64,000 nt of DNA. It comes from a virus. Its lineage: Duplodnaviria > Heunggongvirae > Uroviricota > Caudoviricetes. Below, piece after piece: positions 18,751-28,394 of this stretch. How positions within the stretch are numbered: the stretch's first letter is position 1; every line of letters starts with the position of its first letter. Below the pieces are notes generated by a model that saw only the letters and a program-made list of their open reading frames with translations, did not search any database and was not told the DNA's origin. Both the position numbers and the translations under genes were made by a program. The stretch is from positions 1 to 64,000 of the IMG/VR virus record IMGVR_UViG_3300032007_000003; one strand, 5' to 3'.

Positions 18751-19572
18751 TTATTCTTCATCAAGATTACCAAGGAAGTTCTTCACATATGAACGGAACT
18801 GAGGATTCTTCTTGTAAGTATCTTTCATCTTGTTGATGAAGTTAGCTACCTTTGGGTCATTCTCAAGCTCCCTTATCTCCCTCTCTTCGCTCTCTCTACG
18901 CTTTGCAGCTTGCATTCTCTTATCCTTTTCTTCAAGGAATCTCACAAGTGCATGGTTTGAAGCGTTCTCAATATCAATCTCGCTATCCCACAGATGTTTG
19001 GTGATAATCTTAACAAGTTCATTACGTCCCATCATTGCGAAAGGAGAACTTGGTGTCTCTTCATGCCTTGTCATCGGACGTTCATTGTGCATTATTGGAC
19101 GATGTGGACGAGGCTGCGGTTCTCTTTCCTCACCAATACCTAAATCTCGCTCAATCTTCTCACGAACATGAGGTGGTATGTTTCTTGGGTCGAAGCCACG
19201 TGGAGGCATAGGCATTCCCATAGGTGGGCGCATGAACGGATTAGGTCTTGGAGCACGTACTTCCTCACGCTCTGGCTCACGCATTACATGTGGATTAACA
19301 TTGTCATAACTACCAAGTGGAGTCTGCTCAATTGGCTTAATCTCAATGGCAAATCCCAATACCATAAACACCTTGATTAACGTTTCAATACTGATGTTCT
19401 CACCATTACCATCAAGGATGTCGTAAATTTCCTCAGTATCAACATCAATTACTTCTGCAAGTTCCTCTGGTGTAGAATCATTTTCATTTAAAAAGTTCTC
19501 TACCTTTTCCATAATGTCAGCACTATATTGTTCAATCCAATTTTTTGCTGCAAATTCGAAATTTTTATCCAT
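18751..19572 (-). CDS. XRE-type HTH protein with Pro/Arg-rich linker
   Basis: TPEELAEVIDV.TEEIYDIL.G..ISIETL; own host-type promoter. Confidence 0.65.
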   Translation of the reverse strand: MDKNFEFAAKNWIEQYSADIMEKVENFLNENDSTPEELAEVIDVDTEEIYDILDGNGENISIETLIKVFMVLGFAIEIKPIEQTPLGSYDNVNPHVMREPEREEVRAPRPNPFMRPPMGMPMPPRGFDPRNIPPHVREKIERDLGIGEEREPQPRPHRPIMHNERPMTRHEETPSSPFAMMGRNELVKIITKHLWDSEIDIENASNHALVRFLEEKDKRMQAAKRRESEEREIRELENDPKVANFINKMKDTYKKNPQFRSYVKNFLGNLDEE

Positions 19573-19688
19573 TTTTGTTTATTTAAAATTGTTATACAAT
19601 GCAAATATATAGTTATTTTTGGAAAATTCCAAATCTTTAAGACTTTTTAACAGTAATCTAGGGATTTAAACTTTTTCGCTTTCATAAA

Positions 19689-19835
19689 CTATCCATATAC
19701 CCTACATGAATTTACATATGATTCATAATCACGTCTTACTTCTGTGGCATCATCTACGCCACCTCTACCGTAATACTCATACATTTCTTTGTTTCTCTGG
19801 TAAAACCAATTAGGAACATTTTTACTATTTTTCAT
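19689..19835 (-). CDS. 48 aa hypothetical protein not in the ORF track
   Basis: MKNSKNVPNWFYQRN...CRVYG; ATGA overlap with the NTase stop. Confidence 0.55.
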   Translation of the reverse strand: MKNSKNVPNWFYQRNKEMYEYYGRGGVDDATEVRRDYESYVNSCRVYG

Positions 19836-21112
19836 AAACCGTATGCCTTTTTTCTCATTTCAACTAGCATTTCATTGACGAAATCCACATCGATAGTCTC
19901 TTTGATAGTTGACTCTGCGATTGCCTTATCAAGAGCCTTCTTATCAGCATCCACCCTTGCCATAAGCTCGTCATACTCAAACTTATGGTTTCGGATATTC
20001 ATCAAGAACTCTCTATCCTCAGTACGATTAAGGATGATTCCACGACCCTCTGCGATTTCCTTGCCCATGTGTATGAGACGAACACAATGCATCATGTTCT
20101 TTGAATCATAGTTCTTGTCAAGATTTGACTCATAACGCTTTGGGTTTCTGAACTTCTCCCAATCCTTATACTCCTTGTACTTTTTGCAATGGTCTTTGAA
20201 ACCACTTTCGTTGTAAACCATCCAACAAAGAGGTCTCTCACCCTTTGAAACAGATGAACCACGCATATCGGTTGAAGTGTCAAGACACATACCACGATAG
20301 TGAATCACTTCATTATGTTCCTCATACCATTTTCTAAGCTGTTCCTTATTCTTGATATTGAAGAATTTTACGATGAACTGTGCAAAATTGCGTTCCATTT
20401 CAGTGGTTCTTCCATAACCAAACCATCCGAAAATGAACAAACCAAATATGTTTGCACCAAACGCAGCTTTCTCAAGCTTATCATAGTTCATACCATAATG
20501 CTGAAAATGAGCACCCCAATCGTAATATACACCATATGTATCATGCATATTTGGAATATGTACAAGTCCACAGAAGTCTTTGTTAAGACCACGATTTTCC
20601 AACCAATTCTTAATCTTGGTGCTACCTTGTTTATAAAATGTATAAGCAAAGTCAAACGGAGTAAGTCTCTCTGTAACTGGATTAACTATCTTCTTATTCA
20701 AGCCACGTGCCTTGTGAATCTGCTCAATAGCATAAGATACGAATGGCTTAAAGCATTCCTTTGTGACGAATTGGTCTCTGTTCTCGAATAGTGGCATGAT
20801 GATGCCTGAAGGAGGCGTGATAACCTTATCCTCTGGAACAAACAATGCCTCCAATACCGTTGGATTAGACTTCAACAGCATATTGCAGAACTTACCAACC
20901 TCATACCATGTGGTGTCGTTTCTCTCATCAGAAACTTGGTCTGCATAATCCAATCCAAGACCCATGACTGCCTCCTTTGGAGCAATGAACACCGCACTAG
21001 TGTCAACGTCTGAAGACCCATCTTCCATTTGTAAATTGTACAGATGGCTACCTCTAATGTACTCATAAAGCAGTCTCTTATCGTTTGTAATTGTCTGAAA
21101 AGTATCTTTCAT
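19832..21112 (-). CDS. Pol-beta superfamily nucleotidyltransferase (RlaP/YcgL-like)
   Basis: RGSHLY...SSDVD, K.NPTVLEAL, YDSKNMMHCVRL. Confidence 0.88.
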   Translation of the reverse strand: MKDTFQTITNDKRLLYEYIRGSHLYNLQMEDGSSDVDTSAVFIAPKEAVMGLGLDYADQVSDERNDTTWYEVGKFCNMLLKSNPTVLEALFVPEDKVITPPSGIIMPLFENRDQFVTKECFKPFVSYAIEQIHKARGLNKKIVNPVTERLTPFDFAYTFYKQGSTKIKNWLENRGLNKDFCGLVHIPNMHDTYGVYYDWGAHFQHYGMNYDKLEKAAFGANIFGLFIFGWFGYGRTTEMERNFAQFIVKFFNIKNKEQLRKWYEEHNEVIHYRGMCLDTSTDMRGSSVSKGERPLCWMVYNESGFKDHCKKYKEYKDWEKFRNPKRYESNLDKNYDSKNMMHCVRLIHMGKEIAEGRGIILNRTEDREFLMNIRNHKFEYDELMARVDADKKALDKAIAESTIKETIDVDFVNEMLVEMRKKAYGL

Positions 21113-21191
21113 TTCACTAAATGTATTTTATGATGCAAATATATGAAAAAAAATTGGATTAGCCAAAAACTAACCCAATCTTTAACTTTAT

Positions 21192-21338
21192 TTAAGGAAT
21201 ACGATGCCTATATTCCTCTTCAGCTATTTCAGCTTCTTTCTCACATTTTTCCATGAATGGACAATATGAATGCGTCCATGTGCAATCGCAGAATGACAGC
21301 ATATCTCCAAAACAACTAGGCTTAGTGGTTAACTTCAT
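21192..21338 (-). CDS. 48 aa Cys-rich protein (TKPxCFG..C..CPF..C)
   Basis: ATG at 21338; paralog of the adjacent ORF. Confidence 0.65.
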   Translation of the reverse strand: MKLTTKPSCFGDMLSFCDCTWTHSYCPFMEKCEKEAEIAEEEYRHRIP

Positions 21339-21450
21339 GATTATCCTCCTCATCATCATACCAACAAGGCGTGCTGAATGGACAGCCACAGCATTTCCAT
21401 CCCATAACATTTTCCTTGCCAAAACAGTTAGGTTTAGTTATGATTCTCAT
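21322..21450 (-). CDS. 42 aa Cys-rich protein (TKPxCFG..C..CPF..C), not in the ORF track
   Basis: MRIITKPNCFGKENVMGWKCCGCPFSTPCWY...; ATGA-coupled to the upstream gene. Confidence 0.65.
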   Translation of the reverse strand: MRIITKPNCFGKENVMGWKCCGCPFSTPCWYDDEEDNHEVNH

Positions 21451-21653
21451 AGCGGTATTTTTTGAATAGTATTGTTAGTTAAAGGTATCTTACAATCAAG
21501 AAAACCTTTTATCCTATTATATAACCTTATGTATAATTGTCCATCTTTAATAGAAACGTTTTTCTCAGTCCAATGTCTATCAACCTCATATCTTGCAACA
21601 ACGGTATCACCGTCCATTACATTGACAATTCCATCTATCTCTTTATATTTCAT
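21447..21653 (-). CDS. Hypothetical protein
   Basis: 68 aa, coupled to Thg1. Confidence 0.6.
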   Translation of the reverse strand: MKYKEIDGIVNVMDGDTVVARYEVDRHWTEKNVSIKDGQLYIRLYNRIKGFLDCKIPLTNNTIQKIPL

Positions 21654-22474
21654 TTCTTATCATCAAATATAATTCTAGATTCAACGTAATTACGTCCTTC
21701 TCCAGTTAGTATTGGCATTTCATCATCAATGAACCACTCACCCTTATCATTCTTGATAACGGCAGTACCACGCTTCTCAACTGTTGATAGGTCATTCCAA
21801 TTTACACCGAATTTCTCCATCAACATATCTTGAACTTGACTTGTATTCTTATTTTGAAGTTCCTTGTGGGAAAACATTGACTGGCCCAAACCGTTTATAC
21901 TATTCCTTTCAGCATCTTTTTCACGCCAAAAGATGCAGTTACAAACTTCTGAAATTGGAATATTGAAACACCTTGCATCGAATAATGCACCTTGCTCAAC
22001 TGCTCTAGCGTAGCTTTTCATTATCTTCTTAACAGACTCAGAAAGTTCACCGTAGGTTTCCTTATCCTTAACGACATGAGCGTGTTCGTTTACAAACTCA
22101 CGCACTTTTTTAAGGAATATCTTATTAAAATATAGGGTACACATTGATGCTGATACAGAACACATCTTTTCAACATTATAGTCAAACCATGCGTCTGTAT
22201 CTAATGTGTTATAATCAACTAGCACTAGTGTAATCTCATCTGACTGTGTATAACCCAATACACAACCTTGAATGTTCCTACAAAGCTCAAGAGTTGTCTC
22301 TTGCATTGTCTCAAGCATCCTTTTGTCAAATGGTTTCACAAAACCTCTTGTGAATGTGTGGAATGCTTTACCATCAAGTCTGATGATGATAGGCATTCTC
22401 CTTACGAGAAAGGTCTTAGCTCTATTCTCGTAATAGTTCTTCATTCTATCTCCTAAACTATCTTTTTTACTCAT
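21650..22474 (-). CDS. thg1: tRNA(His) guanylyltransferase Thg1-like protein
   Basis: IRLDGKAFH, YTQSDEI, FDAR, WR..DA.RNS. Confidence 0.93.
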   Translation of the reverse strand: MSKKDSLGDRMKNYYENRAKTFLVRRMPIIIRLDGKAFHTFTRGFVKPFDKRMLETMQETTLELCRNIQGCVLGYTQSDEITLVLVDYNTLDTDAWFDYNVEKMCSVSASMCTLYFNKIFLKKVREFVNEHAHVVKDKETYGELSESVKKIMKSYARAVEQGALFDARCFNIPISEVCNCIFWREKDAERNSINGLGQSMFSHKELQNKNTSQVQDMLMEKFGVNWNDLSTVEKRGTAVIKNDKGEWFIDDEMPILTGEGRNYVESRIIFDDKK

Positions 22475-22529
22475 AACATTAAAAAATTAAAAAAGGTGAG
22501 TATTACGTTTATACCCACCTTTTTTTTAA

Positions 22530-23054
22530 TTAATAATTCCAATCTAAATCATCTTCATTCCACCAATCGGTCTCACCAATTAGTTCTCCACCTGGAATCT
22601 CGTCTCTCATTGGTGGTGCTTCGTTCAGTCTTTTACGGATGGCATTACACTTTGTGATTGGTGCGTTATTACGTCTATCAAGCCCACGCTCACGACAAGA
22701 TTCTCCAGCATCGACAAATTCGTCATACAACTGATGGTCGTACTCAAAGTCTTCGAAGTTGTCATAGTCTGAACGCCTTGGTTCATCTACTTCAAGACCG
22801 TAACCAAATCTTAGATTCTCATCTGCTGGTTTTCCACCAATACCCCACTGTGGGATAGGTGCTGGTGGCATAAAGCTGTGATTTTTAAATCTTGGAGGTG
22901 TCAAATCCTCCTCATCCTCTTCGAAGTCATTGTGACAGAAACAAGGTTTCTTACACTTTGGCTTCTCGAATTTCTCTTCGATTGCGTCCTTAATTCTCTC
23001 TACAACACTTTCAAAAGTTGGCAACGCAACGATAAATACATTAATTTTTTCCAT
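22530..23054 (-). CDS. Acidic hypothetical protein
   Basis: 174 aa with own host-type promoter and a downstream hairpin terminator (22490-22528). Confidence 0.65.
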   Translation of the reverse strand: MEKINVFIVALPTFESVVERIKDAIEEKFEKPKCKKPCFCHNDFEEDEEDLTPPRFKNHSFMPPAPIPQWGIGGKPADENLRFGYGLEVDEPRRSDYDNFEDFEYDHQLYDEFVDAGESCRERGLDRRNNAPITKCNAIRKRLNEAPPMRDEIPGGELIGETDWWNEDDLDWNY

Positions 23055-23182
23055 AACCTTAATATTAAAATTATCTTTTTTTAGTAATCTGTCAAAATTT
23101 AAAAGTCTGACATTGCAAAGATATAGTTTTTATTTGGTAATTCCAAATTTTATTGCAACTATTTTTTATTTTATTAACATTT

Positions 23183-23644
23183 TCATCTTCTACCTCCAAG
23201 ATGACCACCTCTAGTAGAACTTCTAGGCTGATGCATAGGTCTATATCCACCACCGTTCATGTTTGGATTATGCGGTTTATGCATGCCACCACCATGATGA
23301 TTATGTCTTGGTGGTGCTACGTGACGAGGCGTGTGTGGTCTTTGATGAAAATGTCCTCTAGGTATTGGTCTATACCAATTACCAAAATGTTGTGGAGGTA
23401 ATACTCTTCTATACCTATGGAAACAATATCTATCGCCAATATAATAAGGATAATAATACCATCCTCTATAATAGTAGTACATTATTAGACCATCATCATT
23501 AAGGAATGGTGTTCCATATGAAATAATAACAGTTGTGTTTACTCCGTCATCAAATGCATCATCTTGTGCGACAGCAGTAGTTACGCAAGAGCTAAGACTT
23601 ATTGACATTGCTAAAGCTACTAAAAAACCAAAAATCTTTTTCAT
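23183..23644 (-). CDS. Lipoprotein with Tyr-rich core and His/Pro/Gly-rich tail
   Basis: MKK + hydrophobic stretch + SLSSC lipobox. Confidence 0.75.
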   Translation of the reverse strand: MKKIFGFLVALAMSISLSSCVTTAVAQDDAFDDGVNTTVIISYGTPFLNDDGLIMYYYYRGWYYYPYYIGDRYCFHRYRRVLPPQHFGNWYRPIPRGHFHQRPHTPRHVAPPRHNHHGGGMHKPHNPNMNGGGYRPMHQPRSSTRGGHLGGRR

Positions 23645-23748
23645 AAGCCAAATTAATTTTAATATAACTATTGCAAAGATATTGGTTTATTTTCTAATTT
23701 CCAAGCACTTATAGCACATTTAGGATATTTCTGAGGAGGTTTAGGAAA

Positions 23749-24078
23749 TCACCTATTTTTTAATATGGATTTCCCTAATTTCTTGTTGTATATAAAATTC
23801 CCCTTTTCCTTCAGTATACAAGCTAACATGAAATATTCATCAGTAGTTATCTTCCTTGCGCTCTTGTCGCTACCCATTGGAATGGTCTCAACACTTTTAT
23901 CATCGTGTACGATTCCTTTTATCGTGTCTATAATCATCTTATAGCGTGTCTTGCGAGTAGCTTCAAAGTTACTCCTATCGAGATTATCGATTATAACCCA
24001 ATTATTAGTTCTTCTGAAGTAAGTCTTCTGAGGGTCAAAATCATTTTCTGTGAATAATTCCAATTGTTTTGCTTCCAT
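23749..24078 (-). CDS. Hypothetical protein (probably leaderless mRNA)
   Basis: 109 aa; TATCTTTG ends 4 nt before the ATG. Confidence 0.65.
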   Translation of the reverse strand: MEAKQLELFTENDFDPQKTYFRRTNNWVIIDNLDRSNFEATRKTRYKMIIDTIKGIVHDDKSVETIPMGSDKSARKITTDEYFMLACILKEKGNFIYNKKLGKSILKNR

Positions 24079-24146
24079 AAGGCAAAGATATATAAAATAT
24101 ATGTGAAAGCAAAATAATAATAGTTAAAAAAACAAAAAATGGAGGC

Positions 24147-24584
24147 TCAATTGCCTCCATTGTAATATTTCATAACTTTTTTATAATATCCAACACTTTT
24201 ATTTTTCCAATTTTTAGTATAGAATCCGCAGTTCCAACATTTAATTGCTTTTTCCACACTATGTTCTGGATTGAAATGTTCTTGCAGCAAAATGAACATT
24301 TCCTTTGATTTTTGAACGTCATATCTATCTGATACGGTATAACGTTTAGTAGATTTTTTCTCTTTGAGAATTTGGTTGCACTCCTTTACCAATATAGGCA
24401 CAATCTGAAGTATTCCTGCGCAATTTCCATTCGGATTATATGCCTTTGGATTTCCCTTGCTTTCGACTTTCACGATGGCATCAATTACTTTAGTCCAATC
24501 GTATGAGTCATTTCCTTGTTGTGCGTTAACGCTAATTGGAAGCATTAACATCACGATTAAAAATAATTTTTTTAGTCTCATCAT
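24147..24584 (-). CDS. Secreted lytic transglycosylase / lysozyme-like (SLT) protein
   Basis: Signal peptide; AIVKVES (catalytic Glu), GILQI, WN.G. Confidence 0.85.
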   Translation of the reverse strand: MMRLKKLFLIVMLMLPISVNAQQGNDSYDWTKVIDAIVKVESKGNPKAYNPNGNCAGILQIVPILVKECNQILKEKKSTKRYTVSDRYDVQKSKEMFILLQEHFNPEHSVEKAIKCWNCGFYTKNWKNKSVGYYKKVMKYYNGGN

Positions 24585-24593
24585 TAAAAGTTT

Positions 24594-24672
24594 TATGTGA
24601 GGCTCGACTGTAGTATGCTACATGTCGATTGGGTGACGATATGTGAGAGCGAGTTACGTCACACTTTCCTCT
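24594..24672 (-). ncRNA. Candidate cis-regulatory structured RNA in the SLT 5' UTR
   Basis: GAGG/CCUC closing helix with GUGACG/CGUCAC and UCGAC-UGUAG/CUACA-GUCGA arms; GC-rich island in an AT-rich genome. Confidence 0.5.
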
Positions 24673-25031
24673 TAGTTAAAATTATACTTTGTCAGGCTCC
24701 CATATTTACTAATTCCACCATTATACCAATCATCTAACAATTGGCTTATGAAGCCTTTTCTTTCTGTATCGTCTGTTATTCTATTATAAAATTCCTTATC
24801 TAGTGCATCAAGCACATCTTGTTTCCAACATGTCATCTTTGTAGGCTGTCCATTATCCAATTTCATGAACACACCAACAATCTTACCTTTACCATTGTCA
24901 TAAGGAATTGCCTTATAGTTTGCGGTAAGGAACTTAGAACCATGACTCACATGGTCTTCATAACATGCTTCCTTTATTATATTCTGTTTAAGTTTCTCTA
25001 AACCATTTTCAGATAATATGAATTTTTTCAT
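24672..25031 (-). CDS. Late protein with KKFILSE-type leader (putative internal head protein)
   Basis: MKKFILSENGLEKLKQNIIKE; late motif at 25051-25059 on the minus strand. Confidence 0.6.
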   Translation of the reverse strand: MKKFILSENGLEKLKQNIIKEACYEDHVSHGSKFLTANYKAIPYDNGKGKIVGVFMKLDNGQPTKMTCWKQDVLDALDKEFYNRITDDTERKGFISQLLDDWYNGGISKYGSLTKYNFN

Positions 25032-25049
25032 AATAAATCTCGTTTATTA

Positions 25050-25622
25050 TTATAAATATTCCTTAATCATCTTTTTGCTTAATGGTATAAGACAAAACAC
25101 AGCTTCTGGTATCTCAAATACATCTACAAAGCCTAATCTATGCCAGTATGGCAAAGTTCGTAAACTTTTCTCGACACCCATCCAAATAAAGTCATAATTA
25201 TCTCTCAAGAACTTGATGTTGAAGTACAACATCTGTTTATCGAGATTTGTCCCACGAAGTCTCTCATCAATAATGAATGAATGCCCATTGACTTGAACAT
25301 ATCTATCCAAATATTCTGAAAGTTCCTTCTCAACGAATGAAATTGGAGAGCCAAACTTTATTGGGCATTCACAGAACATAAGCAACCCATAAATATCACC
25401 ACTTTCCTTATCAACTAGCTTAACTGAGTCTTCCAATAATGCCTTGGATTGACAAAGTTGCTGATATGCCTCTGCATCACATGACAAATCAAATGCTTTA
25501 GCCAAAGTCTTGCAGATTTGGACTAAATCTTCTGTAGAGGTCTTCCTTATTTCAACTCTTTCTAACAAGCCTTCTTTGGTTAAATTGTTATCAACCAACT
25601 TGTTACATAAATCTATACGCAT
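25050..25622 (-). CDS. GNAT acetyltransferase
   Basis: FIIDERLRGTNL and YWHRLGF. Confidence 0.7.
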   Translation of the reverse strand: MRIDLCNKLVDNNLTKEGLLERVEIRKTSTEDLVQICKTLAKAFDLSCDAEAYQQLCQSKALLEDSVKLVDKESGDIYGLLMFCECPIKFGSPISFVEKELSEYLDRYVQVNGHSFIIDERLRGTNLDKQMLYFNIKFLRDNYDFIWMGVEKSLRTLPYWHRLGFVDVFEIPEAVFCLIPLSKKMIKEYL

Positions 25623-25781
25623 GACTGCACACGATTTACAAATGCAAAGATACTAAAAATTTTTGAGAAAACCAAATTTTTTAAGATATTTTTGCTTATT
25701 TTACAAAAAAGGGAAGACTAAAACTTGTATAATCTCCCCCATTACTTTAACTATAAAATATTGAAAAATTATGAGCGTTTC

Positions 25782-28286
25782 TTATTTAATTACAATATCC
25801 CCATTTTCACAAGAGGCACTGAATGTATAATTTGGCTTGTATTCATGTTCAAGCATCAATTCTGTGATTTTATCTTCAATGTTGTTTTGAATAAGCCTTA
25901 TAATTGGTCTTGCACCAAACTCCTTCTTCTTAATAGCCTCTACATGTATATGGTCTACTACATCATCAGTATATACTATACTATATTCTATATTATTTAA
26001 TCTATTATTAAATTTATCAATTTCTAATTTAACTATATTTTTTAAATTATCATTGGATAAACTATTAAAATATACTATTTGGTCTAATCTATTAAGAAAT
26101 TCTGGAGTAAACTTCTTCTTCAACTCCTTGTCAATGATTGACTTTTTGTTTGATTCCTCGCTGCTTACGAAACCAAGCCCATTACCAAGTTCAGCAGCCT
26201 TTCTAGCACCAATATTAGATGTCATAAGAACAATTACATTCTTAAAGTTAACGATTTGTCCAGAACTGTCTGTGAGCCTTCCTTCATCAAATAATTGTAA
26301 GAATATATTATAAACCTCTTGGTCTGCTTTTTCAATTTCATCAAGTAGAAGTACGCAATGTTGCTTATGCTTAATCTGTTCCGTGAGCTGTCCTCCATTC
26401 TCGTAACCAATGTAACCTGGAGCAGCACCAGTCAACTTAGCAACTGAGTTCTTCTCTGAATACTCAGACATGTCAATTCTGATAAGTGCCTTTTCATCAC
26501 CAAATATTTCCTCTGCAAGTTTCTTTGCGATAAGAGTCTTTCCACTACCAGTTGGACCGACCATTAAGATATTAGCCATTGTCTTATTTCTATCACCAAG
26601 ACCAACTTTATTCCTCTTTATTACCCTACAAACACTGTCAACGGCTTCGTCTTGACCGATAATGCTTTTTTTCAACACCTCGTCAATGTGAGCAATTTTT
26701 ACCTTCTCATCTGAAGACAACTTACTTACTGGAATCTTTGTTACTTCAGACACAACATCTGCAATATCGCTTTCTGTAATATCAATCTTAGCTAAGTTAA
26801 GTTTCTTGATATCTCTCTTATAATCTGCAAGGTCTGAAGCAAGAACGTTTTCCTCTATTGTTAAAGAATCAATTTTTTCGAAATCTCCATTGTTAAGCGC
26901 TTCACTCTTTTCATCCTCAATCTGTCTCATTCTCTTCTTGGTATTCTGAATCTCAATTGGTTCTCTGTCAACAAGAGCTGTCTTTGCACCAGCCAAATCA
27001 ATGAGGTCAAACGCAGAATCTGGCAAACTTCTATCTGTTATGTATCTTTCAGCAAGTTTAACAGCCTTTTCAATGGTCTTTTCACTATAACTTACATTAT
27101 GATACTCCTCATAATATCTTTTATTTTCATTCAATACCTTTATTGTTTCTTCTATTGTTGTAGGTTCAATTACAATCTTTTGTAGTTTTCTAGAAATTTG
27201 AACATTTGATTCAATTGCATTTCTATATTCCTTGAAAGTTGTTGTTGCAATAACTTTAACAGTACCTTCAGATAATAGATTACCTATCATACCACTGATA
27301 TCCCCATCTCTTTCCTTACTAGTACTTCTTAAAACAGTATGAATATCATCAATGAATAAAATGTATTTATCTGTTGATTGCAAAGCATCTATCAAGTTTT
27401 TCATACGCTCTTCAAACATACCTCTAAAGTGTGTACCACTTACAAGAGCCATAGGATTAAGCATAACTATTTCCTTACCTTCAAGAACTGATGGGACTTT
27501 GTTTTCCTCAATCATCTTCGCAATGCCATATACAATGGCTGATTTACCACAGCCACCTTTACCTACCAATATAGCGTTATTCTTCTTTCGTCTTGAAAGA
27601 ACTTGTACAATCTCTTCTATTTCACTCTTTCTACCAATAATATCATCAATCTTACCATTTCTAGCTAGTTTATTAAGACTAGTGGTAAACTGTTCAATGG
27701 CAGAATCAGATGAATTATCTGTTGTGACTGTTTTCATGTTAACTTGACTCTTCAATGGTATATCTTTCTTAGCTTTATTTATCTTCTTAGGCTTTAATCT
27801 AGCTGGTTTAACGTTATTTTCTTGTTGCGGTGTATTCACATCGCATTTATTGTATATGAATTCATATTGAAGCATGAACCTTCCAAATATGGCTTCTTCT
27901 TTAAAATTGTTTTCTTTATTTAACACAGCTAACAATACATGTTCAGTACCAATTTGAGAATTGTTAAGTTTCTCAGATTCATTCTTAGCACACTCCAATA
28001 TTCTCATTAATTCATCATTAAATCTAACATTACCATCCTTCATCTGAGGATTTGTATGCTCATCTATAACCTCCACATAAACCTTTCTTAATTCATCTAG
28101 ATTATTAGACATTAAACAATTATCCAAAATAAGGTTTGCATGACAATCTCTCGTATCTAGAATAGCAAGAATAAGATATTCTGGTGTTAGTACGTCTGTT
28201 GGAAACTCATTCAACAAAACCGTTGACATGTAATCCAACACTCCATTTAACTCAATTGTGTAATTAGTCTCGTTCTTTTTACTCAT
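25782..28286 (-). CDS. clpC: ClpC-like AAA+ unfoldase
   Basis: Clp N-domain repeats, GKGGCGKS, LFIDDIH, GPTGSGKT, RIDMSEY, LLDEIEKA, LGF loop, GARP. Confidence 0.93.
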   Translation of the reverse strand: MSKKNETNYTIELNGVLDYMSTVLLNEFPTDVLTPEYLILAILDTRDCHANLILDNCLMSNNLDELRKVYVEVIDEHTNPQMKDGNVRFNDELMRILECAKNESEKLNNSQIGTEHVLLAVLNKENNFKEEAIFGRFMLQYEFIYNKCDVNTPQQENNVKPARLKPKKINKAKKDIPLKSQVNMKTVTTDNSSDSAIEQFTTSLNKLARNGKIDDIIGRKSEIEEIVQVLSRRKKNNAILVGKGGCGKSAIVYGIAKMIEENKVPSVLEGKEIVMLNPMALVSGTHFRGMFEERMKNLIDALQSTDKYILFIDDIHTVLRSTSKERDGDISGMIGNLLSEGTVKVIATTTFKEYRNAIESNVQISRKLQKIVIEPTTIEETIKVLNENKRYYEEYHNVSYSEKTIEKAVKLAERYITDRSLPDSAFDLIDLAGAKTALVDREPIEIQNTKKRMRQIEDEKSEALNNGDFEKIDSLTIEENVLASDLADYKRDIKKLNLAKIDITESDIADVVSEVTKIPVSKLSSDEKVKIAHIDEVLKKSIIGQDEAVDSVCRVIKRNKVGLGDRNKTMANILMVGPTGSGKTLIAKKLAEEIFGDEKALIRIDMSEYSEKNSVAKLTGAAPGYIGYENGGQLTEQIKHKQHCVLLLDEIEKADQEVYNIFLQLFDEGRLTDSSGQIVNFKNVIVLMTSNIGARKAAELGNGLGFVSSEESNKKSIIDKELKKKFTPEFLNRLDQIVYFNSLSNDNLKNIVKLEIDKFNNRLNNIEYSIVYTDDVVDHIHVEAIKKKEFGARPIIRLIQNNIEDKITELMLEHEYKPNYTFSASCENGDIVIK

Positions 28287-28394
28287 AATTTTCAATTTTA
28301 TATTTAAAAAATAACAATTTATCTAGGAAATTCAAGAGCAAAAATTTGGAATTTTAACATTTTTTTAATATCTTTGCAAAAATATCTTAAAACA

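Noticed and set aside
21192-21422. 76 aa ORF from the track starting at TTG 21422
   Set aside because: Better explained as two overlapping ATG-initiated paralogs (21322-21450 and 21192-21338).
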